A DNA stretch of 64,000 bases from Diadema antillarum (taxonomy: Eukaryota): positions 992,001-1,056,000 of the forward strand of contig NW_027271200.1 of assembly GCF_040938485.1 (NCBI RefSeq), written 5' to 3'. A program made the position numbers and the translations under genes. Of this stretch, positions 25,627 to 38,600 are shown piece by piece. Within the stretch, counting starts at the first letter, position 1, and each line of letters begins with the position of its first letter. The notes under the pieces were generated by a model, which saw only the letters and a list, made by a program, of their open reading frames with translations, was not told the origin of the DNA and did no database searches.

Positions 25627-26918
25627 TACGTACATATCAAATATGCATGTATACAGGGAAATGGAATGTCATATTGAATTAATTTTGACAACATTTGCAG
25701 TGGACCTGATGTCAAACAATATTTTACATTAAAAAGGTATGCTGACAGTGCATATTTTGTTTGTTTGTTTGTTTTCCAACATAAGATCATGAGAAGTCAA
25801 CAATTCATTGATATTTGTCCTGGGCTATGTACATGTACATCACAAGGAGATGCAAGAATCAGTAACTGGTAGAAAAGGTATCACTGAAAGGAGAGGAAAC
25901 CAAAGTGAAAAGAAATGGCTCAGGAATCTCCAGACAAAGGCTACCACCATCTCATGTGCCAAAATGGGGTGAAAATTTACAAAAAAATCACTCTTGTGTG
26001 ACATCATAAAAATTTTCCCCTAACAGGTTGTACATGTTTTTACATCTCACGTACTTGCTTACCATTTACTCCCAAACCCCCTGTCCCACCAATCACCACT
26101 CATCGACTCTCCCAAGAATGAAAAACAAACAAACAAAAAGAACAAAACACCCCCCCCCCCCCCCAAAAAAAAAAAAAAAAAAAAGAGGAGAAGAGTACAG
26201 CAGTCAATATCATATCATATTGCCTCGGGACACTTTACAGATGGTTGGCATGATCTTTCCAGGGGCAGACAGGAGTTCTCCCAAGCCCTGTAGGATGAAT
26301 GAAAACAGTAAGAAAGATAGATCTATGAAAGAAGACTTTGAATCATGTTTGGCATTTTAGTTATCTTTACAAAATAGAAAAGAGCTGATGAGAGGACAAT
26401 ACATGAAGTTGATGAATGGAAAACAGCATTTCAATTCCTCTTGCCAACCTTTGTCTTAATCAATTTAATACATCTGTTAGGTTGTGGCAGTCACTTATGA
26501 AACTGAAGGAGTTGACATACGTAATTGCATATGATCATAATAATGTACAGTATGCATCCATCGCACTTTTATTTACAGAACTGTAGAACATTTCTTTCAT
26601 GTGAGAGGAAGATACAAGTGTAGTGCAATCAACCGTTGATTTGTTCCCCTTGGCTTAAAAGTCCATCTCATTGTGAATATCAAGTTTGACATAGCAAGAC
26701 AAGGAATGAGAGATAGAAATGACAGCCTTGGACTATATATACACTGTACAGTAAAAACTAGACAAAGTACCCTCTAGCGATAGAGGCCAATGTACATGCA
26801 TGCCAGTCAGGAAACATTAATACAAAAGCAAAACAAAACATTAGATTAACAATTTCAAAGAGATACTCACCAATGAACAATCTCTAAAATACAGCAGTCT
26901 TTGTGAGGAAAGTTGACG

Positions 26919-29900
26919 CTATACATATATTCCAACCCACAACATTAAGAAGAGAATTCCAAATCCCATGAAAAGACTGGCAACTAAGGCAACTAGCAGC
27001 TCCTTGTATAGATCCCGTGTGTACTTTGTGGCTGTGACCTCATAGCTGATCCACAGGAATGCAGTCAATCAAGGAAAACTACAACCTTGTCTACAACCTT
27101 GCCCACATCAAATCTTTTTAAACTGACGATATAGCTTCGACTTATGAGGGATTAAAATCAACAGAATAGTAGTATAAAGAGAAGAGGACTTGAGAAGACC
27201 TTCGACTTAGATGATTCTTCGACTTATTCGAGGTCACCTTAAGCAAGGTTGACTTATTCAGACTGAGCACACGGTATGAAAGGGTAAAACAAAGTGAAAT
27301 GCAGAAATAGAATGTGTACAAGTGAATACATGTACCAAATTCATGACTGCCAGTGATGAAAGTTGTGTAACACAGTTGAGAAGTATAGTTTTGGTTGAGA
27401 TGGGAATTCACATTTTAACTTTTTGTGAGATACAGATAATTAGAAACCTCTTACTGTAAACGTCAATAATTTTTTGTGCGATTAATTTTTCATGCTACAG
27501 TTGTACGCGACTTAAAACATATTTTGCATGTTCTTGAATTCGCACTGCCCAAGTGTCAACCCATTCAAGGTGTGCACAGAAATTGTTGATATACATTTGC
27601 CGGTTTTAGAATTTGGGCTTGCTAAAAGTAGCGCTAAATATGCAAAAATTGATGTACAGTATCACAAACGTTTCTGTATGTATATGAAATATTAAAGAAC
27701 ATACAATTCTAGGAGGATTAAAAAATATATTTGATGAAAATTGGTTTTGAAGCGGCCGGGATATCCACTAACAATGTAAATCAAAGTGGTCCTAATAAAT
27801 GCTAGGTCCAGCCTTCAAAGTTACTAGGATTGCCACAGTGAAATGCAAACCTGCTACATTTATTACCTGAACACACTGCTAAAGAGTTGATACGATTTTA
27901 TCACTCAAAAAGGTAAAATGAATGGAGCAGACAAATAATCACATACATTGTATACATGTTTAAGGCACTCATTAATAAGATCTTTCTGTTTTCATTAAAC
28001 AGAACTTTCTCCTATGACAAATTTTTAGTATCATTTGAGGCAACACCTATGAGTAATATGTACACAATGTGTATTTACAATGTAGCTGACCATGGTTTGA
28101 CATTTCACAAACATGCAAGTTTAACATTCACAAGGATACACCAGGAACCAGGCCATGAAGAAGACTCCGATGGAGAGGAGGATGAGGGTGAGGTGAGGGT
28201 AGACAGCCGGATTAACCGGGCTGACGTACCTCGTCATCGACTCAATAGCTGCTGACTGAAAGATCAAATTGGAAGCACATTTACATATCCACCATACATT
28301 TAACGCTGCAATGGTAGTACAATGTATTTCTATCAGCATACCCAGCATACAGATATAAACAAGTACTTATATGCTTGTCCGTACCAATATACAAAGTGAA
28401 TAAGAAAATTCTGCATTTTCAATTGAAGGATGACAAAAGTGGCAACTGGCTGCCTTTAACTGATAACATAGAGGGTGTAAATCACCCATACACCTTGCGT
28501 AGAAAATCCATTCAAGACACAGTGGGATGATAAAGAAACCACTAGTGCACATATTGCAAAATTGTATGTTACATAAAAAATATATAGAGAGTAAGCAACC
28601 CTGTTTGCAGCAGGCTTTGTACAGGGTGCGTATTTGCAGCAGGGGTCATTTCATTCATTGCTTGTATTCTAAAGTGGGCCTAAGTGCACATGGTGTTCAT
28701 TAGCTGTCTTATTGATGAATGAAAATGCCCCTGCCAGAAATAGGCACCCAGCTGCATGCAGCAGCGTTGGTTGTTCACTGTATATGTTCCAGTCATGCCA
28801 TCGATATTATCCAAATACCTAGGTGGAGAGGAAATAATTTTGCGAATAATAATGATAATCATAATAATAATAATAATATCAAATAAATAATAGCAATAAT
28901 GATAATAATAATAAAACTAGAAAAGCACTTTGAGAGCGCAGACCTCTGCCAAGCAGCTTCTTTCCATTGATGATCTTTATTCTTGCTCTTCATAGAGATC
29001 AGCGATTTCCACCCAATGAAAAATCGCTCGATTTCCCCAAATAGAAGCCTTCATTACATCATAAACCCTCAGCTGTGCGCCGTGCCTCTCCATAGCAGAA
29101 ACTAGAGCATGCACTTTAGTGCGCGTATGAAACCTAAAAAATGCCCAGCTTGAACTCCCAAGTTCATTGACCCTACCTGCCAAAATATCGAAAATCCATC
29201 ATAAAATCCATAAAAATTTCTGGATCACTACCAAATTTAATCATCTGTTCCTTGTGCTATTCTCAACCTTTCCTGCAAGTTTTCTTAATGCGTCCACAAC
29301 TTTTTGAGTTATTTTGCACACGGACAAACAAACAAACCAACGGGCAACGGTATTAAATGAAAACATAACCTCCTCCCTTGGCGGAGGTAATAAAACACAG
29401 TTCTGTTTACATTTCAAATGTAGACACCCTACACTTGACAATATCTTAATGATGGGACAAATCATTCAAAATTAGACCCTACAGGAATTAAGATCGGTTG
29501 CCGTGTAAAGTCAGGAAGAGCCAAGACTGCAACGAGTGCATGAGTGCAGTGCGAGAGTGCGAGCGAAAAACTCTTGTGAAATGTTGTAGACCTCTAGGCT
29601 CTATTAAGAATGACACAAAATTTCCTTATGTGTGGGACTAAACCAGTGATTTATTCCAACGTGTAGCGGATGTTAGGACTCAAAATTACGGTGGTTCTGC
29701 TGGTCACCGCTTCAAAAGATTTTGAATACCACTCATCAGTAATACATTTAAGGGGTACCTTTTTAATATTTATATCTGGTGCGGTCAGTTACAGGTGCAG
29801 GCTACGTGTGATTTTGATGCGTCCAGACTCGTCTTCTCCTACCTCCTACATAGTATGATCCACGGTGCGCCACGTAAGCAATGTACACGATACCACGACT

Positions 29901-30105
29901 ACACACCACAGCAAATGACTGCAGCACCAGACAAGCAGGTGAAAACAGTGAATAATATTCACAATGTAAACCATGCTGGCCTACATTAATACAAAATGCC
30001 TTGTATCCTTGTATAACAATTGCATGAGAGGACCTACTTGAATGACTTAATTTATATTACGCTAATATAATATCTGTCACAAGAGTACATGTTCAGTCTC
30101 ACCAT
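26919..30105 (-). CDS. TMEM258: Transmembrane protein 258 (OST5 subunit of oligosaccharyltransferase), 81 aa
   Basis: Exons 30105-30103 (ATG|gtgaga), 28255-28140 and 27045-26919 give [81 protein letters not shown], nearly collinear with vertebrate TMEM258. The splice phases (0 and 2) are consistent. Confidence 0.96.
27452..27661. mobile_element. Short TA-flanked MITE (TACTGTA..TACAGTA)
   Basis: Degenerate terminal inverted repeats. A related end lies at about 42251. Confidence 0.45.
28131..28139 (-). other. U12-type (minor spliceosome) 5' splice site of TMEM258 intron 2
   Basis: Donor GTATCCTTG, with a branch-point-like TTCCTTGAT at 27076-27068 about 23 nt upstream of the AG at 27047-27046. 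Confidence 0.85.
28916..29391 (-). mobile_element. Second HINE (different family) in TMEM258 intron 1
   Basis: SubTIRs ACCTCTGCCAAG and CTTGGCGGAGGT, a terminal hairpin GCACT-TTGAG-AGCGC, a (CAAA)n tract, and insertion in an A/T run. Confidence 0.7.
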
Positions 30106-30790
30106 TTTCGACTCAACCAGATCCCAGAGAGGTCAAAAAGGAGTTTAGCTAGGTGACCTATGTACTACATCCGCTGCGGTTCGCACCCCCCCCCCCCCTC
30201 CATTGAATTCTCCGATGGCATCCATGCACATTGCAAGCACGCCGCACACTGCACTTTGTACACGATGAAGCCACTACCATTAATTCATAGGGGTGATATT
30301 CATTTCTTAGCCGTTGGTTACCAAGAAAAATCCCAAATTATATACTGTAAGGAAACTTCGCTATTCTTTTAAGAATTTTCTAATGTTATTATATCCTTGT
30401 GGTGTCAATCATTTCAAGTATTTCGTCAAAACCTGAAATGGAGTTAACAGTAAATCCCAAACTCATTAGTAATGAATTCTTCCAGCTGCCAACCAAGTGG
30501 TAGTCATGGAAGGCGTGTATACAGAAAGAACGAAATTAATCAATAACCTATTGTTCAGGATGTTTTGAAGCTCGTCGAACTTCTTGTACACTGTGCGAAA
30601 ATATTCTCAACAATGAGCTAATCGATGGAAGTGTAATAGGTGGTTAGAACATAGATGGTAGATTAAACAAAGCTTATATTGTGTTCTCGAGATTTTGTGC
30701 TGTGTTCCTTTCCGTCAATACTGTCTGGTGGTCATGGTGGAAGCAAAACCGCTACCGTAGTAGCAGCGTATCCTACGCTGAGTGAGCTGG
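30106..30790. promoter_or_regulatory. Putative bidirectional promoter between TMEM258 and the KIAA2012-like gene
   Basis: The TMEM258 ATG exon ends at 30105 on the minus strand. A plausible non-coding first exon of the plus-strand gene ends at a ga|gtgagc donor near 30782. The genes are divergent with less than 700 bp between them. Confidence 0.45.
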
Positions 30791-32622
30791 CAAGTTTTCA
30801 GACGCCGGGCTAGCTGCTGCTGCTACCCATTTAATTACTGAGTCCTTTGTGACGGAGGATCTACTACTGACTAGTAGGTGTAAATTATTTGTCAAGCCAC
30901 GGCTGCATGTTCTCATCTTCTATTCCAACACTCTCCTCAAACCACAGCGGATTTCGTAAGTCGTACTGTGTCACTTTCTTATTGTACTGGACCTCTAGGG
31001 CTATGTAGCATAGAAACTGTAAATTATACAACCGCGTGCAGTGCAGTGTACTCTACTGTAAACTGAGGGTCTCACTAAGTGAAACGTTACATCGACATTT
31101 GTTAGTAGATCTAGGCCTAGTTGTACCAAGGAGGTTTAAGAGATGGAGTTCCAGCTGGCTGTAATTATTCAAACAGTTGTCAGATTTCTATTGATGTACA
31201 AAAGAATTCCACAGGTGCATTTGTGCCTTTGATGATCGATAGTAGGTAGGCCCACACGCCACAGTAATGTTGGCTAATTTTGCTTATTTACACTGTATTT
31301 ATTTGTTAAATGAAAAGAAATCTCACTTGATGATAAAGCATGTAACTGTTAAAACAAAAGTAAATCCCATCCACAAATTTGTGCGAAAGTGTATATCAGA
31401 GCTGTATCATACGAATCCTGGAAAGCCGGTTTTATCACTTTTCCACTTAATTTCCACAAATGAAACCAATATTGGAATACAATGTGTATATTGGATCTTC
31501 AAGTACAATGTATGATTCTTGATAGATACATATCAGATTATAGTGCCCGGATAAGGCGCCGGATATGCCCAGTTGAGTAATTGTCATTTTTATTTCATCA
31601 TTTTATTTTATTTATTTATTTATTTTTTTTTTTGGGGGGGGGGGGGCGCAATTTCTATTTGCGCATCCTCATGTCTGTACTACCTACCTTTTATAAGAAT
31701 TCTAGGGATAGCGAAAGGTAATTACCATCACAGAGACATATCTTCTGGGTTAGATAGGTTGCTGGTGATTATGCAATGAGACACGAGTCAATTGTCTTCC
31801 TATCTCCAGTTTGGCACATGCTTCAAATATTTTTGAGCGGCGGCATCGAACATCTAGCAAAGGAAACAAGACGGTTGTGACTCCATTCTCTTGAACCTCC
31901 TTGGTTGTACGTACAATATGCACATTATTGTACAGTACATGTAGGTCGGGAGATGCCATATTATTATACCTCACTCTCATTTGAAGGAAGCAACACTCAA
32001 TGTTTGTTGAGACGTGAAGCACATGACTGACATGGGACCTGTTTTCATTACAGTAAAGAGTGAATATTTTACAGTGTGGAGATTTTCCTGACTTATTGTG
32101 CCATGTGTTCTGATACCTCCTGACATGCTGGAACTAAAAGTAAAAAAAAACATTAGTTTGATATGCAAATGATTATACATTTGTAGGGCCTACAATACAG
32201 TCACAGAAATACCATTATTCACATATAATGTCAAAGGTAAGCCGATTAATGAAGTTCACTAAATTTGACCTGACAAAAAGTTTCTTGCACAAAAATTTCC
32301 ACTTTTATGCAATATCATCCTTAATAGACAAACAATTTGTATTTGGGAGCATTATGTGAGTGAGAAGTTCCAATCTGGATCTGGATCTGTACACTGCCAG
32401 ACCAGACGGTATAATCGATTAACAATTCTGCTGGTTTGATTTTTTTTTTTTTTTTTTTAATGAAGGCTGATATTGTCATCACTTTTACTCATAGGTTGCT
32501 GTCGAAAGCAGGAAGAATCACGAAAGATGTCCATTCTTCGCTGGAGACTTGGTGATACATCATTTGAGTGACATGGAGAATCTCTAGAATTCACCTTGGC
32601 TGCTGACAATCCACAGGCAATA

Positions 32623-35600
32623 ATGTCATCGACATCAGTCTTCAGTCCTCTGGCTCATGGCTGTGGATCATGGGATGGTGATCTACAGCAACAGCTGGAA
32701 GACAAGAAGGTGAAAATGCTTCATTTGAACATTTTGAAAATGTACATCCACTTTACATCTGTATTGTACAAAAGTATGAATATTGACTAATATATGTGAC
32801 CCGCTACAACATAAGGATTCTAAAGTCGCTGACAGCCGAGCCGAGAAAATCGAGTTTGAAGTCACATCATTAAAATTGGTCAAAGCAATCGGATTTCTGT
32901 TTTTTGCATAATTTTGTAGTCTAATGTTTTGTTCATCATCTGCCGAAGTTTCAAAGCTAAATGATCAAAGGAAAGGCAAGAAATCAGTGTTTTTCTGGGT
33001 CATGATTTTCCGACTTTCAATGTAAGAGAAATGTGTCCAAAGATTTGGATTTAGCGCCGCAGCTTGACTCCGCCCCTAGCAACGAGGGAGTGATCTTATT
33101 GGTCAGTGTGTGGCATCTTGATTACCGATTGGTCGTGCATGGACCGCTGGCGCTAAGCTTGAATGAACATGGCGGAGGTCGCTAGGAGTGTGCCTTCTAC
33201 TGTCGGGCGGTGAAAACTGTCTTGCCTCCCCTTGACCATGAGAGTGTTGGAAGGACAACTTTGAAGGCGTTTTTCTCAAAACTCTGATTTCCTCAACCAC
33301 TTGACATGCGCTCATAAAATCATCGATATCTCCGCAACCGAGTACTTTTATGGGTTGTGCTATGTATGAAATTAAAGCAAAAGAGTACGGGAATTATGTC
33401 ATGTCATTTTCAGAAAATTGTCCTCCCCCAACTTTCGGATCCTTTTGTTGTAGCGGGTCACATATCTGTAATATACCATTATGTGTGACTGTCATCTTGC
33501 ATAAAACTTACTTTCAATGTATGTCTTCCTGTGACCAGAACCTCAAAATGTATAGTCAAAACTAAGTAGTCTACCAAAGGAGGATTTAGACAACTACAAA
33601 AAAGCAAATACCATCTGGGACATTACTGTAAGGATTTTCTTGAAGTGCTCATTTTTAAAGTGCACCATCACATGGTTACCAACAAACCCCAGTCGCCCAC
33701 TCAGGCAGTCAACCATAGGCCTACACATATATGCTTTTTCCAGATTCTTAGCAACACCCCTTTAAGGATGGATATTGGTTTCATTTTGACCCCCTATCTC
33801 AGGCTTTTGGAATGGAAGCCAGCAAAATTACCCCCCCCCCCCCCCCCCCCCCATCACAGGTAGGCTTATTTGGAAGGGAAGCTAAAAATGCAGCTTGACA
33901 TGTACATGTACATGCAATTGATGTGGTGAAATGTCCTGCTAAAAGAAGGCCAGGTCAGCATGCTTTGCAGCAAAACATGCACAGTAAGTACATTCAGGAG
34001 AATCTGGGCAAACATCAAGAAGCTGCAATACCCATATTATTTTTTACTTTTTGAGGTGTATTTTGAGTGTATTAAAAATATGTCCCAACAGCAGTCATCC
34101 CCCCCCCCCCCCCCCCCCATAAACTGGTCAGAATTTGTGGGTGCAGTTAATGCAACAGTGAAGAACAGTAAATTGTTTAAATACAATTTTTTTTCCCCCA
34201 CAAATCTTACAGACCAAGGTCCTCAGTAAGTCCCTGCCGGGAGAGTCCTTGGACCACTTGGAGAAGAGGGTCAACATCCCAATCCGAATCAAGAGTCAGC
34301 TTTCCCAGATAAGGACCATTCTCCGGGAGGCATCCAAGAACTACCCCCAGCAGTCCCAAGCCGTCGGTGAAAACTTTGCAGATCTCATCCGGCTGAAGAC
34401 ACAGACCACCGAGTACTCAAGGCCTCTCGGCTCCGTTCGCTTGCGACCCCGGACTGGTGTCATTCGCGCCAACAAGCAGCAGTCCCGACCCAGCCTCACT
34501 GGATCGCACAGACCTCTCAAGAGGGCAAAAAGCGCCCCCACCTCCCGCCGCTCCTCGCAAAGTCCAACTCTGCCTGCCAGAATTGATGCTTCCTTGCCAA
34601 AAACTCTAACGACCAGGAAGGGTGCCCTGATGCTGTTTGCAGCGCCCAAAGATGTCGCCTTTTCTGTCCCGGAACAAAGGTGCTACCGTGTCAATCCAAA
34701 TGCCATCGATGTTGACGACTGGGTATCCGACCTTCAAACATTTCAGAAATTAACAAATAGTGTCCTTCATTATGGATCTGAGGTAAGCAATAGAAAGGTG
34801 TATGTGGTGCTCTCTGGACTTGTGTCTGTGTTCTGAAAACATGGAAAAGCAAACATTATCAATCACACTTGATTTTGCCAAAGAGCTGTGACTTGTTGTG
34901 ATGATCAAACAAAACTCATATTGAATTGTTATGTGTCAGATTTCATATGAATATAGTGCATCAATTAAAATTATTTGTGTCTTCTCAGATTATTTTCCTG
35001 CTCAATGTACAATATGTGAAAAGTAGAATTAATGAATGCATGATGCACTGAACCATCTCTATATTTGAATGGACAAATTATTTGCTATGATCATAGCATA
35101 TGCAATTAGGAAAATCATGAAGACAAGTTGCAATGTTCTGATAGAAGGAATCTTTTGTGGAAAAAAAAAATCTCTTTTCAGGCTGGCGATGGTCTAGAAC
35201 AGAGAAATGCACCCTACGACACATCTTGCTTCAAGTTTTTACACAAGGAGGAAGGTGAACATGGAGTGGATTTCCGATTGCAGCCCGGAGGAGACTTTGT
35301 CTTTTACCTCAAAGACATGAAGACAAAAGCAGCGTAAGTTATGCATAGTGTTAATTTCATGCATAATCATTTTTTAGCCAACTCCAGAACTCCTCTGATA
35401 ATGCTGTTAATATACAATAGTTGCGTGACTACATGTGCAGAAAATCTTTTTTCATCTGGTATGTGCGTGGTAGATACCATCTGCTGACTATTGATATTCA
35501 CCTTGGGCAAACCATTAGGGGTCAGCATCGTTTTCTTGTGTGGGTATGTGGGGTGGACACTTCACCGGGTTAGCACCCTGCTCTGTGTGAGGAAGTAAAG

Positions 35601-38600
35601 TGGCATCTTTTATTTGCATGAGTGATTAACTTTCTCATGCACTGGTCCTCCGCCTGATGTCCAATCTGAGGGACAGAGTATTTATGCCTCTTACTAGCCA
35701 GAATGGCATAATTACACACAACATTGCCTAACTAGACTCATCAGGAGGAATTAAGGTCTAGAATTTCATCAAATTTGGGTCAAAGCCACCTTTTTGAGGG
35801 GGCTCAAAAGCACTCAAAGGGACATAAGTCAAACAAAATATTGTAGCCATGAATGGTTTAATTTTGAAAGGGGCATTCCGGCCAGTGGGAGGGTCATGGC
35901 GGCAAATTGCCAATGGCCAGTGGGTATTTTAAGCCCTGGGAATTGATCCAGAGTCATTTAATTGCATGGCAGATGTGCTACCGAATGGGCCCCATCACCA
36001 CCCTTGTGCAGGAAAATGAGAGATTTATGTTTGAGATAGGTCTTCTATGCAACCTTCTCGAACACTCTCATTCTCTTAAATGCCTCTCTATCACAGGGTC
36101 AGAAATGTCATAACATCGATATCTCAAGCCAACACACCAGCCCCCGACATGGCGGAAGAGCTGAGCGATGTGCTGGAAAAGTTTGAAGAGGATGGAAGCC
36201 TCGAGCCAGACGGTGCTCTGGAGGAACAGATCGAGAGCGTACCTCCCAAGACGGAGTTTTTACGGCCGGCCATCTTGAAATCGGACGGGCAAGTGTACAG
36301 TGAGACCAGCAGCAATGCAGACATGAGATCGGTCAGCCACACCATCAACAGCACCACCACAGAGACCACCGTCAGATTTGCATCGGACAGCACTCAGCCA
36401 CAGCAAATCCAGGCAGAGGCCAACTTGCTGTCACGTCCCGATACTGCGAGGTAACCAGCTGATGTCTTTTCTAGTGTCTTATTGTGTCTCCTCCCTGATG
36501 TGTACAATATGTAGAAATGAATACTGTATTGCCCAGTTGAATCTCGGAATGTAGCTTTACAGGTGAATGGTTTCATGGTATATGATATAGCATCGTGGTA
36601 TGATTATTTTGGCTATGTTTCTTATGTTTAATCATGTACATGCTAAACAACTTGTGCTTTTCTTGTTTGATGCATTACATTGTTTAAAGTTCTCTAGAAA
36701 TAGGCATCATAGTGATTGCTACAGATGGTCAAAGTAATCTTTTGAAAATTACAAAGCTGCTGCATTTTGACAATTACTACTGGGAATAGAAAATGTATCT
36801 GAATTTGATGTTGTGCATGAATTTCTTGCTGCTTCTTCCACCCACTTGTATTATGTATTTATTTATTTTGTACGTAGATCAAACAGATCCATAGGAAGCA
36901 TCAGATCAGGCACACCTTTCTCGCTAAAAGACTTGACTGCATCTTTGAAGTCAGGAGGATACCTTGGGAGACCGGTTAGTGCACCTTACCCCCCCTACTC
37001 TCCGCAAGCAAGAACACCATCTCTTCCACCCGAGAATGAGGATTTTGGAGGGGAACAAGAGGAAGAAGGCGATGGCTATGAGGATGTCGAAGAAGAATGG
37101 GTAGTGGATGAAGAAGCGAGAGCTGCATCAGTGAAGTCAAGATCCCGTCAGTCGTCACACCACTCTTCCCGTCAGTCATCACACCACTCTTCCCGTCCTA
37201 AATCGAGCAGACCCACATCACGCAGATCGCAAATTAGCGCTGGAGGGCATCCTGAGGAGGATGAGCCCAGTCGAGCCCCGAGTTCGGGAAGCAGGAGGTC
37301 AAGGGCGGAGAGCTCCAGGAGCCGGAAGTCTTCCGCCGGGATGCGATCTCAGCAAGGCGAGGATGCAGGAGCCGCAGAGCTGGGAGGAGAAGATGATGAT
37401 GACTGGCAGTCAGAGGATCTGGCTGAGCTCGGGGTGGAAGATCTCGAGCCAGACGTAGCCGAGGCGGATGCTCCGCATGAAGCAGGGATGGATGCAGTGG
37501 ATGCAGTGGAAGGTGAAGAGGGCCCAATGCTACCCCATCGCAGCAATTCAAGGACATCCTCATTACCACCAAGAGTTTACACACCAAGAACACGGTCATC
37601 ACGTCGATCGACTCCACCTCCGGAGGGAGATGAGTGGCCTGGTTTGGACGATAACGTCGGTGAAGTAAGGCCTGGATCGGGAAGAACTAGAACAGGCTCT
37701 GCAAAGTCAAGACAGGTTAGTTTCATGTGTGATTGGATCTACTTTTCTGGAATAGTGATATGTTCCTGAATAGCCATAGGATAAGGAGATGCTACCAGCA
37801 TTGTCAATCGTGGTTTGCTCTGATTTATATGTTGCTGTTTCTCCCTCATCCACAGAGGTAGCTCCTTCAGAGCACTATCAATTTACATGACACACTTTAA
37901 ACACTTACAAAAAGTATACCAGTGACTTCCATTATAATGAAGTCCTCGGGACCGGCAGTTTTCTTTTGTTATAATGAATTATCAAAATTTTGTTATAGCC
38001 GAACAAATGAAGTGCTTATGAAGATATATGGACAATAACTTTGGGGCCTAAATTTCCACCTCGCTGTTACTGAAATTTTGTTATAACTGCATTTGTTAAA
38101 ACGGGAATGCATTATACTGACATTGTAGTTGTGTGTGACTGAGTAGAATTGTAAAGTAGAACTTTTCACAGTAAGTAGAGAGCAAGATGGGGGCAAAATA
38201 TGGCTACACATTCCCCTTCCCCCCCCCCCCCCCCACACACTTCTACCATGTTTCTGGAGTTTTTGGGAGCATTTAATGCATGTCTGCATTGTATTGTAGT
38301 TTTGTGGGATTGTCAAGACATGCCTGTCCTTTATTGTAGCTGTAATATTGGCTTACCTAAGCTTTCATTTTCAATTTTGTTTCAACAGTCATCCCGCAGC
38401 AGGCCAGGAACGTCTGGTTCTGCTAGAACGGCTGCCTTGGAAGACGTTGAGGAAACTGTGCAAGAAGAGATGCAGGTTGACGGAGAAGAAAAGTGGGAAT
38501 CTCCAGTGGAGCAAGGTATAAAGAATTCCCCTTGTTATTCACCATTTGGTTTCAACCATATGCTTGGCTTTAGAGAAAGAAAGATTTTCATGTCTGATAG

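Noticed and set aside
25130-25732. 200-aa plus-strand ORF
   Set aside because: It runs through poly-C tracts and a MITE, has no recognisable domain, and is antisense to the TMEM258 3' region.
30312-30330. Possible RFX X-box half-site in the bidirectional promoter
   Set aside because: Only a partial match (GTTACCAAG), too weak to support.
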